Shown here piece after piece: positions 1 through 11,549 of a stretch of DNA of 64,000 nt (its first letter is position 1; each line of letters starts with the position of its first letter). A program made the position numbers and the translations under genes. The notes beneath the pieces were generated by a model. The model saw only the letters and a list, made by a program, of their open reading frames with translations, did not search any database and was not told the origin of the DNA. The DNA is from Eledone cirrhosa (taxonomy: Eukaryota), in NCBI GenBank assembly GCA_964016885.1, contig OZ024740.1, positions 361,274,001-361,338,000 of the forward strand, in the 5' to 3' direction.

Positions 1-988
1 GACTACCCAAGCAAACACCCCAACCATCGATTACCTGTACTAGACACAGAGCTCTGGTTAGATACCATTAATAACAAAAAACAAATCCTCCATTCCCATT
101 ATGCCAAACCCATGACTTCCAAATATCTGATCCACCGAAACTCAGCTGTTTCGGACCATACCAAAATCAACATACTGATTGCGGATTTGGTACGGGTGAT
201 GAGAAACGTGTCCCGCATGTGCAACCCCAAAGAACTAGAGAGACACATACAACACTTCATCCACCGTATGCAGTTCTCTGGTTACAATTAGAGAGATAAA
301 ATTAGAGTATATAGAGGAGCCAGAACCAAATGGGAAAAAATGGTAAATAATGACACAAATGGGACCTACCCCTTGTATAGGAGCACATTTTGGAATAGAA
401 TAGAAAGAACTAGGAATAAGGTCATGGAATGATAGCAATAAATACCAGAGTGTAATGTTCATCGATACAACCCCTAGAGGTGAATTAGCTTACAAATTTA
501 GAAGGGCCCTAGATAAACATAAACTCAATATTAAGATAGTAGAAAGACCAGGTACCTCCATAAAAACACTTATTAGCAATACATACCCTTTTCAAAGATC
601 TCCCTGTATAGACAAGAAATGTATAATCTGTAAATTAAGCCCCCATATTAACTGCAAAACTAGAAATGTAGTATATAGCATAAGATGTACTGAAGGATAA
701 TGTAGAGATAAGAATATAGTGTACATAGGTAAGACAGCTTGTAGTATAGGGGAACGGATAAATGAACACTGGCGAGACCTTCAAGATAGTAAAGAATCAT
801 CTATACTCTACCAACATGCTAAAATAAAACATAAGGGTAAATTAGAGAACATAGAAATAAAAATAGAATCTACACACAGAAAAGACGCAATGTTTAGACA
901 AATCACAGAGGCAATAAACATAAATGAACTCCAACCAAAATTAAATAGAAAACATGAATGGAACAGCAACATCACAACTTACAATTAA
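1..988 (+). mobile_element. Penelope-like element, 3' part (RT C-terminus + GIY-YIG endonuclease), frameshifted
   Basis: ORFs 455-700 and 719-988 give CKTRNVVYSIRC...YIGKT...RINEH...EAINI (GIY-YIG with Cys linker). Homologous to the ORF at 12106-13041. Confidence 0.9.
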
Positions 989-1187
989 GGACAAAATGAA
1001 AACACACACGCACATAGAACAAACAACCAACCAGTAACATGTAAATAAACAAATAAATAAACAAATATAAACACACACATACACCCGGATGTAACACATG
1101 CGCAAACTAAGCACACAACACACATAAAAACAAGATGGCGTAGGACAGAACAAAGGAGAGGCACAAAAACAAAGAAAAGAATCCCCA

Positions 1188-1230
1188 GTCACTGAAGAGG
1201 TCACAGAGTGTGTGACGAAAGAACTTTGAC
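1188..1230 (+). ncRNA. Minimal type I hammerhead ribozyme in PLE terminal repeat (family A)
   Basis: GTCA-CTGAAGA-G-GTCACA gagtg TGTGAC-GAAA-GAAC-TT-TGAC: stem I, core, stem II and GAAA all present, just 3' of the PLE ORF. Confidence 0.75.
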
Positions 1231-1404
1231 AATATATAAACAATCATCTGGTTGTGGAACCAACCAACCGGAAATTTATAAATTCCTAAATTTATAAATT
1301 TATTATAATAAATTGAAGTGAAAGCAACTGGTGCGTGTGTTTCTTATTGGCAATATGACCCTCCCAAAGTATAACAATATCGGTTTCAACACACGTTTTC
1401 AGAT

Positions 1405-1752
1405 ATCATCATCATCATCATCATTTCATTTTACGTCCGCTTTTCCCTGCTTGCAAGGGTGGGACGGGAACTGATTCTGGCTTGATTTCTACAGCTGGAT
1501 GCCCTTCCTAACACCAACCTCATTTACAGTGAGTGCTGGGTGCTTTTTTGCTGTGGCACCTACACGACCACTTTGCAGTGGAATGATAAGGACCTCAGTC
1601 CCTATCATCTCATTTCTACAGCTGAGTAAACTGGAGCAATGTGAAATAAAGTGTCTTGCTCAAGGAAACAACACACCACCCGGTCTGAGAATTGAACTCA
1701 CAACCTTTCGATTGCAAGGCCAATGCTCTAACCACTAAGCCATGTGCCTCCA
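1405..1752 (-). mobile_element. tRNA-derived SINE with RTE-type 3' tail
   Basis: Minus strand has A/B-box-like head (TGGCTTAGTGG...GAGTTCAATTC). It ends CCCACCCTTGCAAGCAGGGAAAAGCGGACGTAAAATGA..(ATG)n, matching the RTE 3' end at about 60395-60447. Confidence 0.7.
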
Positions 1753-1906
1753 TGTGCCATACATATATATATATATACATATATATATAAGTTGAAAAAA
1801 ATGAAAACGAAAAACGAAATTTCATTTCTCACTCTTAGTATGGCACTTACTTAAATGTAAGTATGTATGTATACGTACATACATATATGTATACAGACGT
1901 ACAGTA

Positions 1907-2085
<179 letters not shown>

Positions 2086-2240
2086 CATGCAGGTACACAT
2101 ACATATATGCACGCATCAGTTTAGCAGACGCTTATTATAGCGCTTGCTTTGTTCGTTTGTCAACAAACTGAACAGCCTGAATTTATGCCATACGGTGTTA
2201 AGGCAACCACGTCACCTTTTTGTTCAACACTGACACAGGA

Positions 2241-2283
2241 ACGATGTACTAGTTTCAAGCTTGTTAGCTATCATCAGCACCGT
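2241..2283 (-). ncRNA. Minimal hammerhead ribozyme (family B)
   Basis: Minus strand reads ACGGTG-CTGATGA-T AGCT aaca AGCT T-GAAA-CTAG-TA-CATCGT, with palindromic ACTAGT stem III. Confidence 0.75.
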
Positions 2284-2404
2284 TTACCCATCTGCCAGAT
2301 AGTTGAACGTTCGAAAGTATATACTTTCCTTATGAAAATTAACGGCTGAGCAGCCTAATTTGCATATTGAGTGAGTTAAATCGGTCAGGCATACCGATAA
2401 CGAT

Positions 2405-2630
<226 letters not shown>

Positions 2631-2636
2631 CATATA

Positions 2637-2707
<71 letters not shown>

Positions 2708-2709
2708 CA

Positions 2710-3672
2710 GAGTCCCCCGTTCCATTATCTGGTGAGCTCTTAGAAAACTAGGTGTTGACGAATGGCTTGTGAGAGCTATACAAGCCATGTATAAAGAAAC
2801 AGTCAGCAAGGTTAGAATTAACAACGAATATAGTGAAGAGTTTAGCGTAAAAGTTGGTGTCCATCAGGGCTCTGTTCTTAGCCCCCTACTATTTATTATT
2901 GCCCTTCAGGCTATAACAGAGGAGTTCAAGACCGGCTGCCCATGGGAACTCCTATACGCAGATGATCTAACGCTCATAGCTGAATCAATGACCGAGCTAG
3001 AGAAGAAATTCCAAACATGGAAGCACGGCCTAGAATCAAAAGGCCTAAAAATTAACCTGGCTAAGACTAATGTTCTAGTTTGTAGGAAAGAAAATAAGGC
3101 GGCGGTCCCTTCCGGGAAATGGCCATGCTCAGTGTGTAGGAAAGGCGTAGGTAGAAACTCCATTTTATGTCCCAAATGCAAAGTATGGGTGCATAAAAGA
3201 TGTAGTGGGATCACAGGTAAGCTAACTAAGAACATAGATTTTACATGTGGCCGGTCCTCTGGTGCAATAAGTAGCAGCAAGTGCCCACGAAATACTAGCT
3301 CTTTCAATTGCGCAGAGGGTTCTATAGAAATAGTGGACAGCTTCCGTTACCTGGGTGACAAAATCAGCAGTGGGCGAGGGTGCTCTGAAAGTACAGTAGA
3401 TAGAGTCAGAACTGGATGGAAAAAGTTCAGAGAGCTTATACCACTATTAGCCGTTCTCCCTAAAAATGAAAGGCAGGTTATATGATGCCTGCATACGAAC
3501 AGCAATGCTGCATGGCAGTGAGACCTGGGCATTGTGTGCAGAGGATATACGCAGAGTGGAGAGGAACGAAGCTTGCATGCTCCGCTGGATGTGTAATAGT
3601 AATATACGTGAACAGCTAAGCATAAACGAACTAAGGAAAACATTAGAAATAAGAAGGATCAGATGTTGTTTA
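2710..3672 (+). mobile_element. RTE-clade LINE, 5'-truncated, left part (RT + PHD-like Cys insert)
   Basis: [39 protein letters not shown]. Interrupted by the LTR element. Confidence 0.92.
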
Positions 3673-4044
3673 TGTGGGAATGTTGTGGCGTGCGGTGGCC
3701 GGAAGCGTGGGAGTGCTCGACCGGAAGGGTGTGTGGCGTGCGGTGGCCGGAGGCGGGGGAGTGCTCGACCGGAAGGGGTTTTTGGCTGGAAGGATGCTCG
3801 ACCGGAAGGGCCAGCAGAGAGCCTCTCTCTAGTGGTGACCAACACACGGTGTGGACGCGAGTTTGGGCAGCTCCCGGTGTTAAGCAGTTGGACGCACGTG
3901 GAAGAGGAGTAACCTGCAGTGGAATTTAGCGGCGCCTGTGAAAAGCGGTAAGTGAGATAGCTTTTTCTAACCACAAGCTATTTCGGCGAGTAAAAAAAAA
4001 AAAAAAAAAAAACACTTGCGCAAGACAAATCAGAAAATCAGAAG

Positions 4045-4791
4045 ATGGCGACAAGACTACGGATGAACGAAGCTATCAGGGCATTCACCGGGGAAGGTGA
4101 TGTTGCTTGGCTGCGGAAGGTTCGGTTGGTCGCAAGCTTGCAGAAGATAGAGGACGTGGCCGGTTTCATTGCATTGTACCTCGAGGGCGACGCGTTGGTA
4201 CTCTTCCTTGAGTTGGGCAAGCACAGCCAAAGAGATGCGCAGAAGATTGAGAGGCGTCTGATGGATGCATTCGCCGAGGGACCGTTAGCGGCTTTTGCTA
4301 AGCTGGCGAGAATCAGGTGGAATGGTGAGCGCGTCGACATTTTCGCAGCGGAAATACGGCGGTTGGCTATGTTGGCCGGTTACCAGGCGGAATGCGAACG
4401 CACGGTGCGGTTGGCGTTCATCAATGGATTTCCGGACGACATAGCGGTGAAACTGCAGCAAGTCCCAGGTTATAAAGAGACGGAAATGCGTTCACTGGTG
4501 GAACAAGCGGAAGATGCCAAAAAGAGTGTTGCGGCGATAGCAACTACGGAGGCTCAGGACACCTGGCAGCGAAATGGTGAAAGGGAGGCAACCTCGGTAC
4601 GCGGCCGTCCGCGTGCATTTAGAGGGCGCTGTTTTCGGTGCCAGGGCCCGCACATGGCTAGAGACTGTAGAAAGTCGAAGCCGGAGATAATTTGCTACCG
4701 GTGTAAGCGACCAGGCCACATCGCTACTAACTGCGACCAGGGAAACGATCCAAGGGGAACTACTGCGCCGGTAGTTGCCCCTTACGAGTAG
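4045..4791 (+). CDS. gag: Gag with two CCHC zinc knuckles
   Basis: CFRCQGPHMARDC and CYRCKRPGHIATNC; intact 248-aa ORF directly after the 5' LTR. Confidence 0.9.
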   Translation: MATRLRMNEAIRAFTGEGDVAWLRKVRLVASLQKIEDVAGFIALYLEGDALVLFLELGKHSQRDAQKIERRLMDAFAEGPLAAFAKLARIRWNGERVDIFAAEIRRLAMLAGYQAECERTVRLAFINGFPDDIAVKLQQVPGYKETEMRSLVEQAEDAKKSVAAIATTEAQDTWQRNGEREATSVRGRPRAFRGRCFRCQGPHMARDCRKSKPEIICYRCKRPGHIATNCDQGNDPRGTTAPVVAPYE

Positions 4792-7588
4792 CGGCGCTGC
4801 CCGTGGTGGAAGTCTTCGTGAGGGGGAAGCCACAGCGAGCCCTCGTGGATACGGGCTGTACGACGACACTGGTGACCGCGGGGGTGGCGCAGAGGTGGGG
4901 AGGGAAGAGCAGGGTAAGGGCAGTCGACGGCAGGAAAATTGAATGCTGAGGTCGCAGCGAGATGGAAATAGCGGTACGGGGAAGGAGGATAAGGCTTTCC
5001 GCCATCGTGGTAGACAGTGTGGTGGATGGGATCGGCGTGGTTATGGGCATGGACGCGATTGGCCGTCTAGGGGGCGTCACGGTGAACAATGTCGGTGTGT
5101 CGTTTGGCGCCGCTGCATCGGTATGCGCTGTGAGTGCACGTCATGAGAACCAGAAGGCCCACGAGGAGGAATACCCCGCTTACACTGTACAGGACAAAGA
5201 CTTCAAGGCCGTGTTTGATGGGCAGCGATGGGTTGTTGAGTGGTACTGGAAGGGAGAACCACCAACACTGAAGACCAAAGTGGGCTGCTATCAACACACA
5301 TTGAAGGGAAACGCTAGGAGCGAGTTCGAGCGAGAAGTAGAGAGATGGATCGAAGAGGGCATACTGCTTCCCTGGAAGGAGGAGGTGAAGTGCAGAGTAT
5401 TGCCGTTGATGGCGGTGGTGCAACCCACGAAGAGCAAGGTGAGGCCGGTGCTGGACTATCGAGAGCTGAACGAGCACGTGTCATGCCACACGGGTGGCGA
5501 GGTCACGGATGTCTGTGGGGAAACCCTGCGTGAGTGGAGACGCATGACGGGGGGTTCAGCGATCGTGGATCTAAAGTCGGCTTACTTGCAGTTGCATATA
5601 GATGAGAAGCTCTGGCGGTATCAGCTGGTCAGATATAAGGGCCTGACATATTGCCTGACCAGGCTCGGTTTCGGGCTGATCTCCGCACCGAAGATCATGG
5701 CGGCGGTCCTCAAGACCGCTCTGGGGAGGGCCGACAAGATAAAGAGGGCTACTAACTCCTATATTGACGACATCCTAGTGGACGAGTCGGTGGTGTCGAC
5801 GGCGGAGGTCACGAGCCATTTGCGGAGGTATGGACTGACTGCGAAGCCATCAGAAGCATTGGAGGGAGGAACCGCGCTGGGACTTAGGCTACGGCGAGAT
5901 AAGACGGGCGTTTTGGTGTTCCAGAGGGGAAACGAAGTTCCGGAACTGGGCCCAAGTATGAATAGGCGGGAGCTTTTCTCGGTGTGTGGAAAGCTGGTGG
6001 GTCACTACCCGATCGCTGAGTGGCTCCGGACGGCATGCAGCTATGTCAAGAGACGAGCGGGAGGGGTGACTTGGAGTGACAGAGTGGGAGAGAGGACGGT
6101 GGCCATGATGCAGGAGATCGTGGGGAGGGTGAAGGCCGACGACCCAGTGCGGGGACGCTGGTACGTTCCCAAATCACAGAGCGGGACCGTATGGTGCGAT
6201 GCCAGCAGCATAGCGCTGGGTGTCACGTTGGAGATAGGAGGTGTTGAGGTCGAGGATGCAGCCTGGCTTAGAAAGAAGGACGACTGCAGCCACATCAATG
6301 TGGCCGAGCTGGACGCGGTGTTGAGAGGGGTGAACCTCGCCCTGCGGTGGGGGCTGCGCACCATCTAGATACGCACCGACTCGGCTACTGTACTCGGATG
6401 GGTAAGATCAGTGCTCACCAGTGAGAAGAGAGTGCGAACGAGAGGGGCGGCGGAGATGCTGATAAAGCGCCTCCTGGGAACGTTAGGAGAGCTGGCCACC
6501 GAGTTCGACCTGAAGCTGAGCGTAGTGTTCGTGCCCTCAGAGAAAAATAGGGCGGACATCTTAACTAGAGTGAAGAAAGCCTGGATGGAAGCGCCGGAGG
6601 AGGTAGAGGATGAGATAGCTGCCGTGTGTCGGCTGACCGAGTTAGACCTGAAGGGGTTGGATGACATGCACCACATGGGGGTGGATAGGAGCCTGTTCCT
6701 AGCCAGGGGGGTTCGGGGGGTGGTTAGAGGCTGCGTCCGATGTCAGTCCATCGATCCCGCCCCGGATGTACACGAAACGGGAAGCCTCCCGGTGGATCGT
6801 GACTGGAAGCGATTAGCGCTGGATGTGACGCACTACCGGCAGGGAACGTACCTCTCGATGATCGACTGTGGACCAGGTCGAATGGCGATATGGAGGGAGA
6901 TGAAGACTGGAACGGCCGAGGAAATCGTGCGGACGTTGAGAGAGGTGTTCTTGGAGCGGGGCCCTGTGGACGAACTGCTGATGGACAACAGCGCAGTGTT
7001 CCGCTCGGAGGCACTGAGGGAGATGCTCGATGGATGGAAGGTGGACCGTTTCTTCAGAGCGGCGCACAGGCCGAGCGGGAATGGATCGTGGAGCAACACC
7101 ACCGGACGATCAAGGCAATGGCGGAGCGGGGCCATATCTCACCAATGGAGGCAGTGTTCTGGTACAATATGTCCCCTCGGGTTGGACAGGTCAAGGAATC
7201 CGTTCCACACAGAGCAGTATTCAAATACGAGTGGCGGCACCCGTGCACGCCACCACAACGGCCAGTGGGGAGAGAGAGTGCATTCGTGCAGGTGGACGAA
7301 GAAGTCTGGGTTAAGCCCCCAGATGCACGTTGCACATCTCAATGGGGAAGGGGAACGGTGACGGCCGTAAATTCAAAGAACAATGTGTCCGTGGACGGGG
7401 TACCACGTCATGTCCTGGATGTAAGAAGAATCACTGTGTCGACGGACTCCGAGGAAGCGGAAACCCAAGATGAGGTGGAAACCCAGAGCTCTGCCCCAAT
7501 ACTACGGAGATCGCAACGAAGTCGTAGACCACCGACCTGGACAGCAGACTTTCATATGCAGAGGGACGAGGGGGAAATTGATCCTTGA
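4746..7588 (+). pseudogene. pol: pol (protease, RT, RNase H, integrase) with in-frame stops and a frameshift
   Basis: LVDTGC protease in the -1 frame; RPVLDYRELN, DLKSAY, YIDD; WCDAS...HINVAEL; H..C..C and D..D..E integrase. Stops near 4947 and 6366, frameshift near 7083. Confidence 0.9.
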
Positions 7589-7909
7589 GATCAGGGGGGC
7601 GTGTGGGTATGTTGTGGCGTGCGGTGGCCGGAGGCGGGGGAGTGCTCGACCGGAAGGGTGTGTGGCGTGCGGTGGCCGGAGGCGGGGGAGTGCTCGACCG
7701 GAAGGGGTTTTGGCCCGGAAGGATGCTCGACCGGAAGGGCCAGCAGAGGGCCTCTCTCTAGTGGTGACCAGCACACGGTGTGGACGCGAGTTTGGGCAGC
7801 TCCCGGTGTTAAGCAGTTGGACGCACGTGGAAGAGGAGTAACCTGCAGTGGAATTTAGCGGCGCCTGTGAAAAGCGGTAAGTCAGATAGCTTTTTCTAAC
7901 CACAGTTTA

Positions 7910-8492
7910 CTCGAGAGAAGGCTACGTTGGTATGCTCACGTGATGCGCATGAAAGACGACACCTGTATAACAAAGTGCAGGGCAATAAAGATAGACGGTA
8001 GCCACGGAGTAGGCAGACCCAGAAAAACCTGGGACGACATGATAAATTCCGACCTCACACGCTTACACCTCTCCAAGACAATGTCACTGGACCGAGACCT
8101 TTGGCGGTACTCAGTAATAGAGAAGACCCTCCTTACCTAAATACAAAGTAAAACCTACTACAGTCAGTAGGCATCTCTAACCCCCCCCCCCCCAATCCAC
8201 ACCGCCCCTTTCAATGTAAAGTTGTGTTGGTGCCACAACATCCAGGCCGAAACAAATGAGATCGTGTAGGTGTCACGACAAAAAAACACACAGTCCACGC
8301 TGTAATGTGGCCGTGTAGGCAACACGGTAAAAACCTCCCAGCCCCACATTGTAAATGTGGTTGGTGTTAGGAAGGGCATCCAGCTGTAGAAAACCCGCCA
8401 GACAGTCCTATGCGAGCAAGACAATCACTCTTGCCTCAGTGGGAAAACCCCCGTCCAAACCCATGCAAGCGTGGAACACGGACGTTAAACGT

Positions 8493-8525
<33 letters not shown>
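7910..8525 (+). mobile_element. RTE LINE right part, 3' region and (GAT)n tail
   Basis: Reading frame resumes across the TSD (RCCL|LERRLRWYAHVMRM...GRPRKTW) and ends in a (GAT)n tail. Confidence 0.85.
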
Positions 8526-8526
<1 letters not shown>

Positions 8527-8532
8527 ATGTAT

Positions 8533-8621
<89 letters not shown>

Positions 8622-8705
8622 AATATATATATGTACGTGTACATACTTATATTTAAGTAACAGCCGTACTAAGAGTGGGAAATGAAATTTCGTTTCATTT
8701 TTTCC

Positions 8706-8747
<42 letters not shown>

Positions 8748-8814
8748 TCTTTTACTCTTTTACCTGTTTCAGCCATCCGGCTGAGGCCATGCTGGGGCAC
8801 CGCCCTTGTTGCTA

Positions 8815-9515
8815 CACATTTTATTTCCAGCCTGTATAGGTTGGCCACTGGTGTAAGAGAGAGTTTGTTGCTGCTGCCCTTAGGTTTCCCTCGTGCCTTG
8901 CTGTGGGCTCATCCGGGATCCTGGATAGCAAGGTATCGAGATGTTTCTTGAAGACATCCACCTCCACATCATGCAAATCTCTCAGATCCCTCGGCAGCTT
9001 GTTGAAGAGTTGAGGGCCCTTGAATCCCAGGCTATTGCAATACATGCTCCTTATTCTAGATGTGGAAGACGGGACCTTTGGCACCACACAGCGACGTCCT
9101 GTTCGACGGTTGGTCCAGCTCCCAATGCCAAAGTTTGGTGCTAGTCCCTCCAGGATTTTCCACATGTAGATCACTGTGTATCTCTCCCGTCTTCATTCCA
9201 AGGAGTAGAGGTTCAGTTCCTTTAGCCTCTCCCAGTAGCTTGTCTCCTTCATCGTGGCAATCCTCTTGGTGTTGCTTCGCTGGATTGCCTCAAGCTCCGT
9301 GGTTAGTTTGACACTATGGGGTGACCACAACTGGGAGCAGTAGTCCAGGTGGCTTAGGACAAATGTCCTCCATAGTGTCAACATGGTGTCTCGGTCTCCT
9401 GTCCAGAAAGTCCTCAAGATCCAGCCAGCGAGTCGTCTGCACATTGTCGCCACTTTCATGATGTGTTAGGAAAAAGATGCATCATCGCTCATGTCTATGC
9501 CCAGGTCTCGTATCG

Positions 9516-9518
<3 letters not shown>
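8815..9518 (-). mobile_element. CR1/Jockey-group LINE 3' fragment
   Basis: LSHLDYCSQLWSP...LEAIQR...YWERLKELNLYSLE, a typical C-terminal LINE ORF2 region. Confidence 0.8.
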
Positions 9519-9550
<32 letters not shown>

Positions 9551-9895
9551 TATAAAACGATAAACGGAAAAAATGAAACGAAATTTCATTTCCCACTCTT
9601 AGTACGGCTGTTATTTAAATATAAGTATGTACACGTACATACATATATGTATACAGACGTACTGTAGTATGTATACATACATACATACACGCACACATAT
9701 ATATATGTACGTATGGATTCACTATACATACATACAGGCACACATATATATGTACGTATGGATTCGTTTCATTTTTTCCATTTATCGTTTTCGGTGCACC
9801 CGGCCGATTAACCCACTCGATATGCAAATTGGGCTACTCAGCCGTTAATGTGCATTAGGTAAGTATATACGTTCAACAATCTGGCAGGAAGGTAT

Positions 9896-9938
9896 ACGTT
9901 GCTGACGATAGCTAATAAGCTTGAAACTAGTACAGCGT
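9896..9938 (+). ncRNA. Minimal hammerhead ribozyme (family B)
   Basis: ACGTTG-CTGACGA-T AGCT aata AGCT T-GAAA-CTAG-TA-CAGCGT; stem I covaries with the copy at 2241. Confidence 0.78.
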
Positions 9939-10249
9939 TCCTTTGTCAGTGTTGAACAAACGAGCAACGATGGTTGCTGGACACTACGGCTTAATACAGG
10001 ATGTTTGTTTACAAACACACCGAGCATTATAATAAATGTTCGGTGAATCCATACGTACATATATATATGTGTGCATGTATGTATATATATATACATACTA
10101 CTGTACGTCTGTATACATATATGTATGTACGTGTACATACTTATATATGTATATATACATGTATGTAAAACTCATTCTTTGATTTATTCATTGAACCTTG
10201 TTTAACCTTTAAATATATATGTATATATATATATATGTATATATATATG

Positions 10250-10394
<145 letters not shown>

Positions 10395-10441
10395 TAGTGA
10401 AAAAGAACAAAGGAACTATTATGACATTATAACAAGTTTAT

Positions 10442-10488
10442 TGCCGACAGCCGTTTCGTCCGACCATATGGTGGGACTTTTCAAGGCA
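10442..10488 (-). ncRNA. Hammerhead ribozyme, U3-A8 core variant (family C)
   Basis: Reverse complement of 11315-11361. Confidence 0.7.
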
Positions 10489-11314
10489 TATAACATGTGA
10501 TTGTAAGATCATTATTTACATCAACGTATCACTCAAGACTAGCAGTTTGAAATTGTGGTATACATCAGCAGCTCCGCTTGTATAGTTGGGGTCTATATTC
10601 TAAGGGGGCTCTTTTATATTAGTTGTCGGGGTCAGGGATTGAAGGTTAAAAATTAGATAATATATAATTTACGCATTAAAAGTAAAGATTAAACTAAAAG
10701 ACTTGGGATCCCGTAGAAGCACCTTAAAAAATCCCTCAATAAGTGCATAAAGCTTACAGGCTCCAATAAACCTAATAAACTAGACGAAATTAAGAGGCTA
10801 ATAAAATAAAAAAATAAAAAAATAAAAAAATAAAAAAATAAAAATATAAAGTTTCCTATAAAATCCCTTCGAGAGAAAAAATTTTTTTTCCGAAAGAAAA
10901 AAACTTTCTTCCCCCGAGATCACGTTAACAAATTTCAGAAAACTTACGAAGTTTTGATATTCCCTACTAAGTTGAAAGAAACTAATCAATTAAAGGTTAA
11001 TTCAAAGAGCCTTCAATAAATCTCTCAGAAAAGGCCCCTTTAATATTTTTAATAGGAACTTCCTCCGAGAGACCCTTCGAAGAATTAAAATTTTAGAGAG
11101 CCTTTAAGGATATATATAAACGAATTGAGGAAAATTATAAATTAAAAGTTAAAAATTACGGTATTTGGGATATCCGACAACTAATATAAAAGAGCCCTCT
11201 TAGAATATAGACCCCAACTATACAAGCGGAGCTGCTGATGTATACCACAATTTCAAACTGCTAGCCTTGAGTGATACGTTGATGTAAATAATGATCTTAC
11301 AATCACATGTTATA

Positions 11315-11361
11315 TGCCTTGAAAAGTCCCACCATATGGTCGGACGAAACGGCTGTCGGCA
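11315..11361 (+). ncRNA. Hammerhead ribozyme, U3-A8 core variant (family C)
   Basis: TGCC-TTGAAAA-GTCC cACCAtaTGGTc GGAC-GAAA-C ggct G-TC-GGCA. Confidence 0.7.
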
Positions 11362-11516
11362 ATAAACTTGTTATAATGTCATAATAGTTCCTTTGTTCTT
11401 TTTCACTAATATTTCTGCTCTGCTTATACGCATAGAGCTTAACTAGCTACCGTCACATATTTGGTAGGTCAGACGTGATCATCGCGATTCACATACGACC
11501 TACCATACATCTTGCT

Positions 11517-11548
<32 letters not shown>

Positions 11549-11549
11549 T

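Larger units (their letters stand above)
3673..7904 (+). mobile_element. Full-length Ty3/gypsy-like LTR retrotransposon, degenerate pol
   Basis: 303-bp LTRs (3673-3975 and 7602-7904) with TG...CA ends; 5-bp TSD GTTTA (3668-3672, 7905-7909); purine tract AGGGGGG before the 3' LTR; order gag-PR-RT-RH-IN. Confidence 0.96.

Noticed and set aside
3447-3974. ORFs spanning the LTRs (also 7470-7903)
   Set aside because: GC-rich LTR sequence lacks stops by chance; no protein motif.
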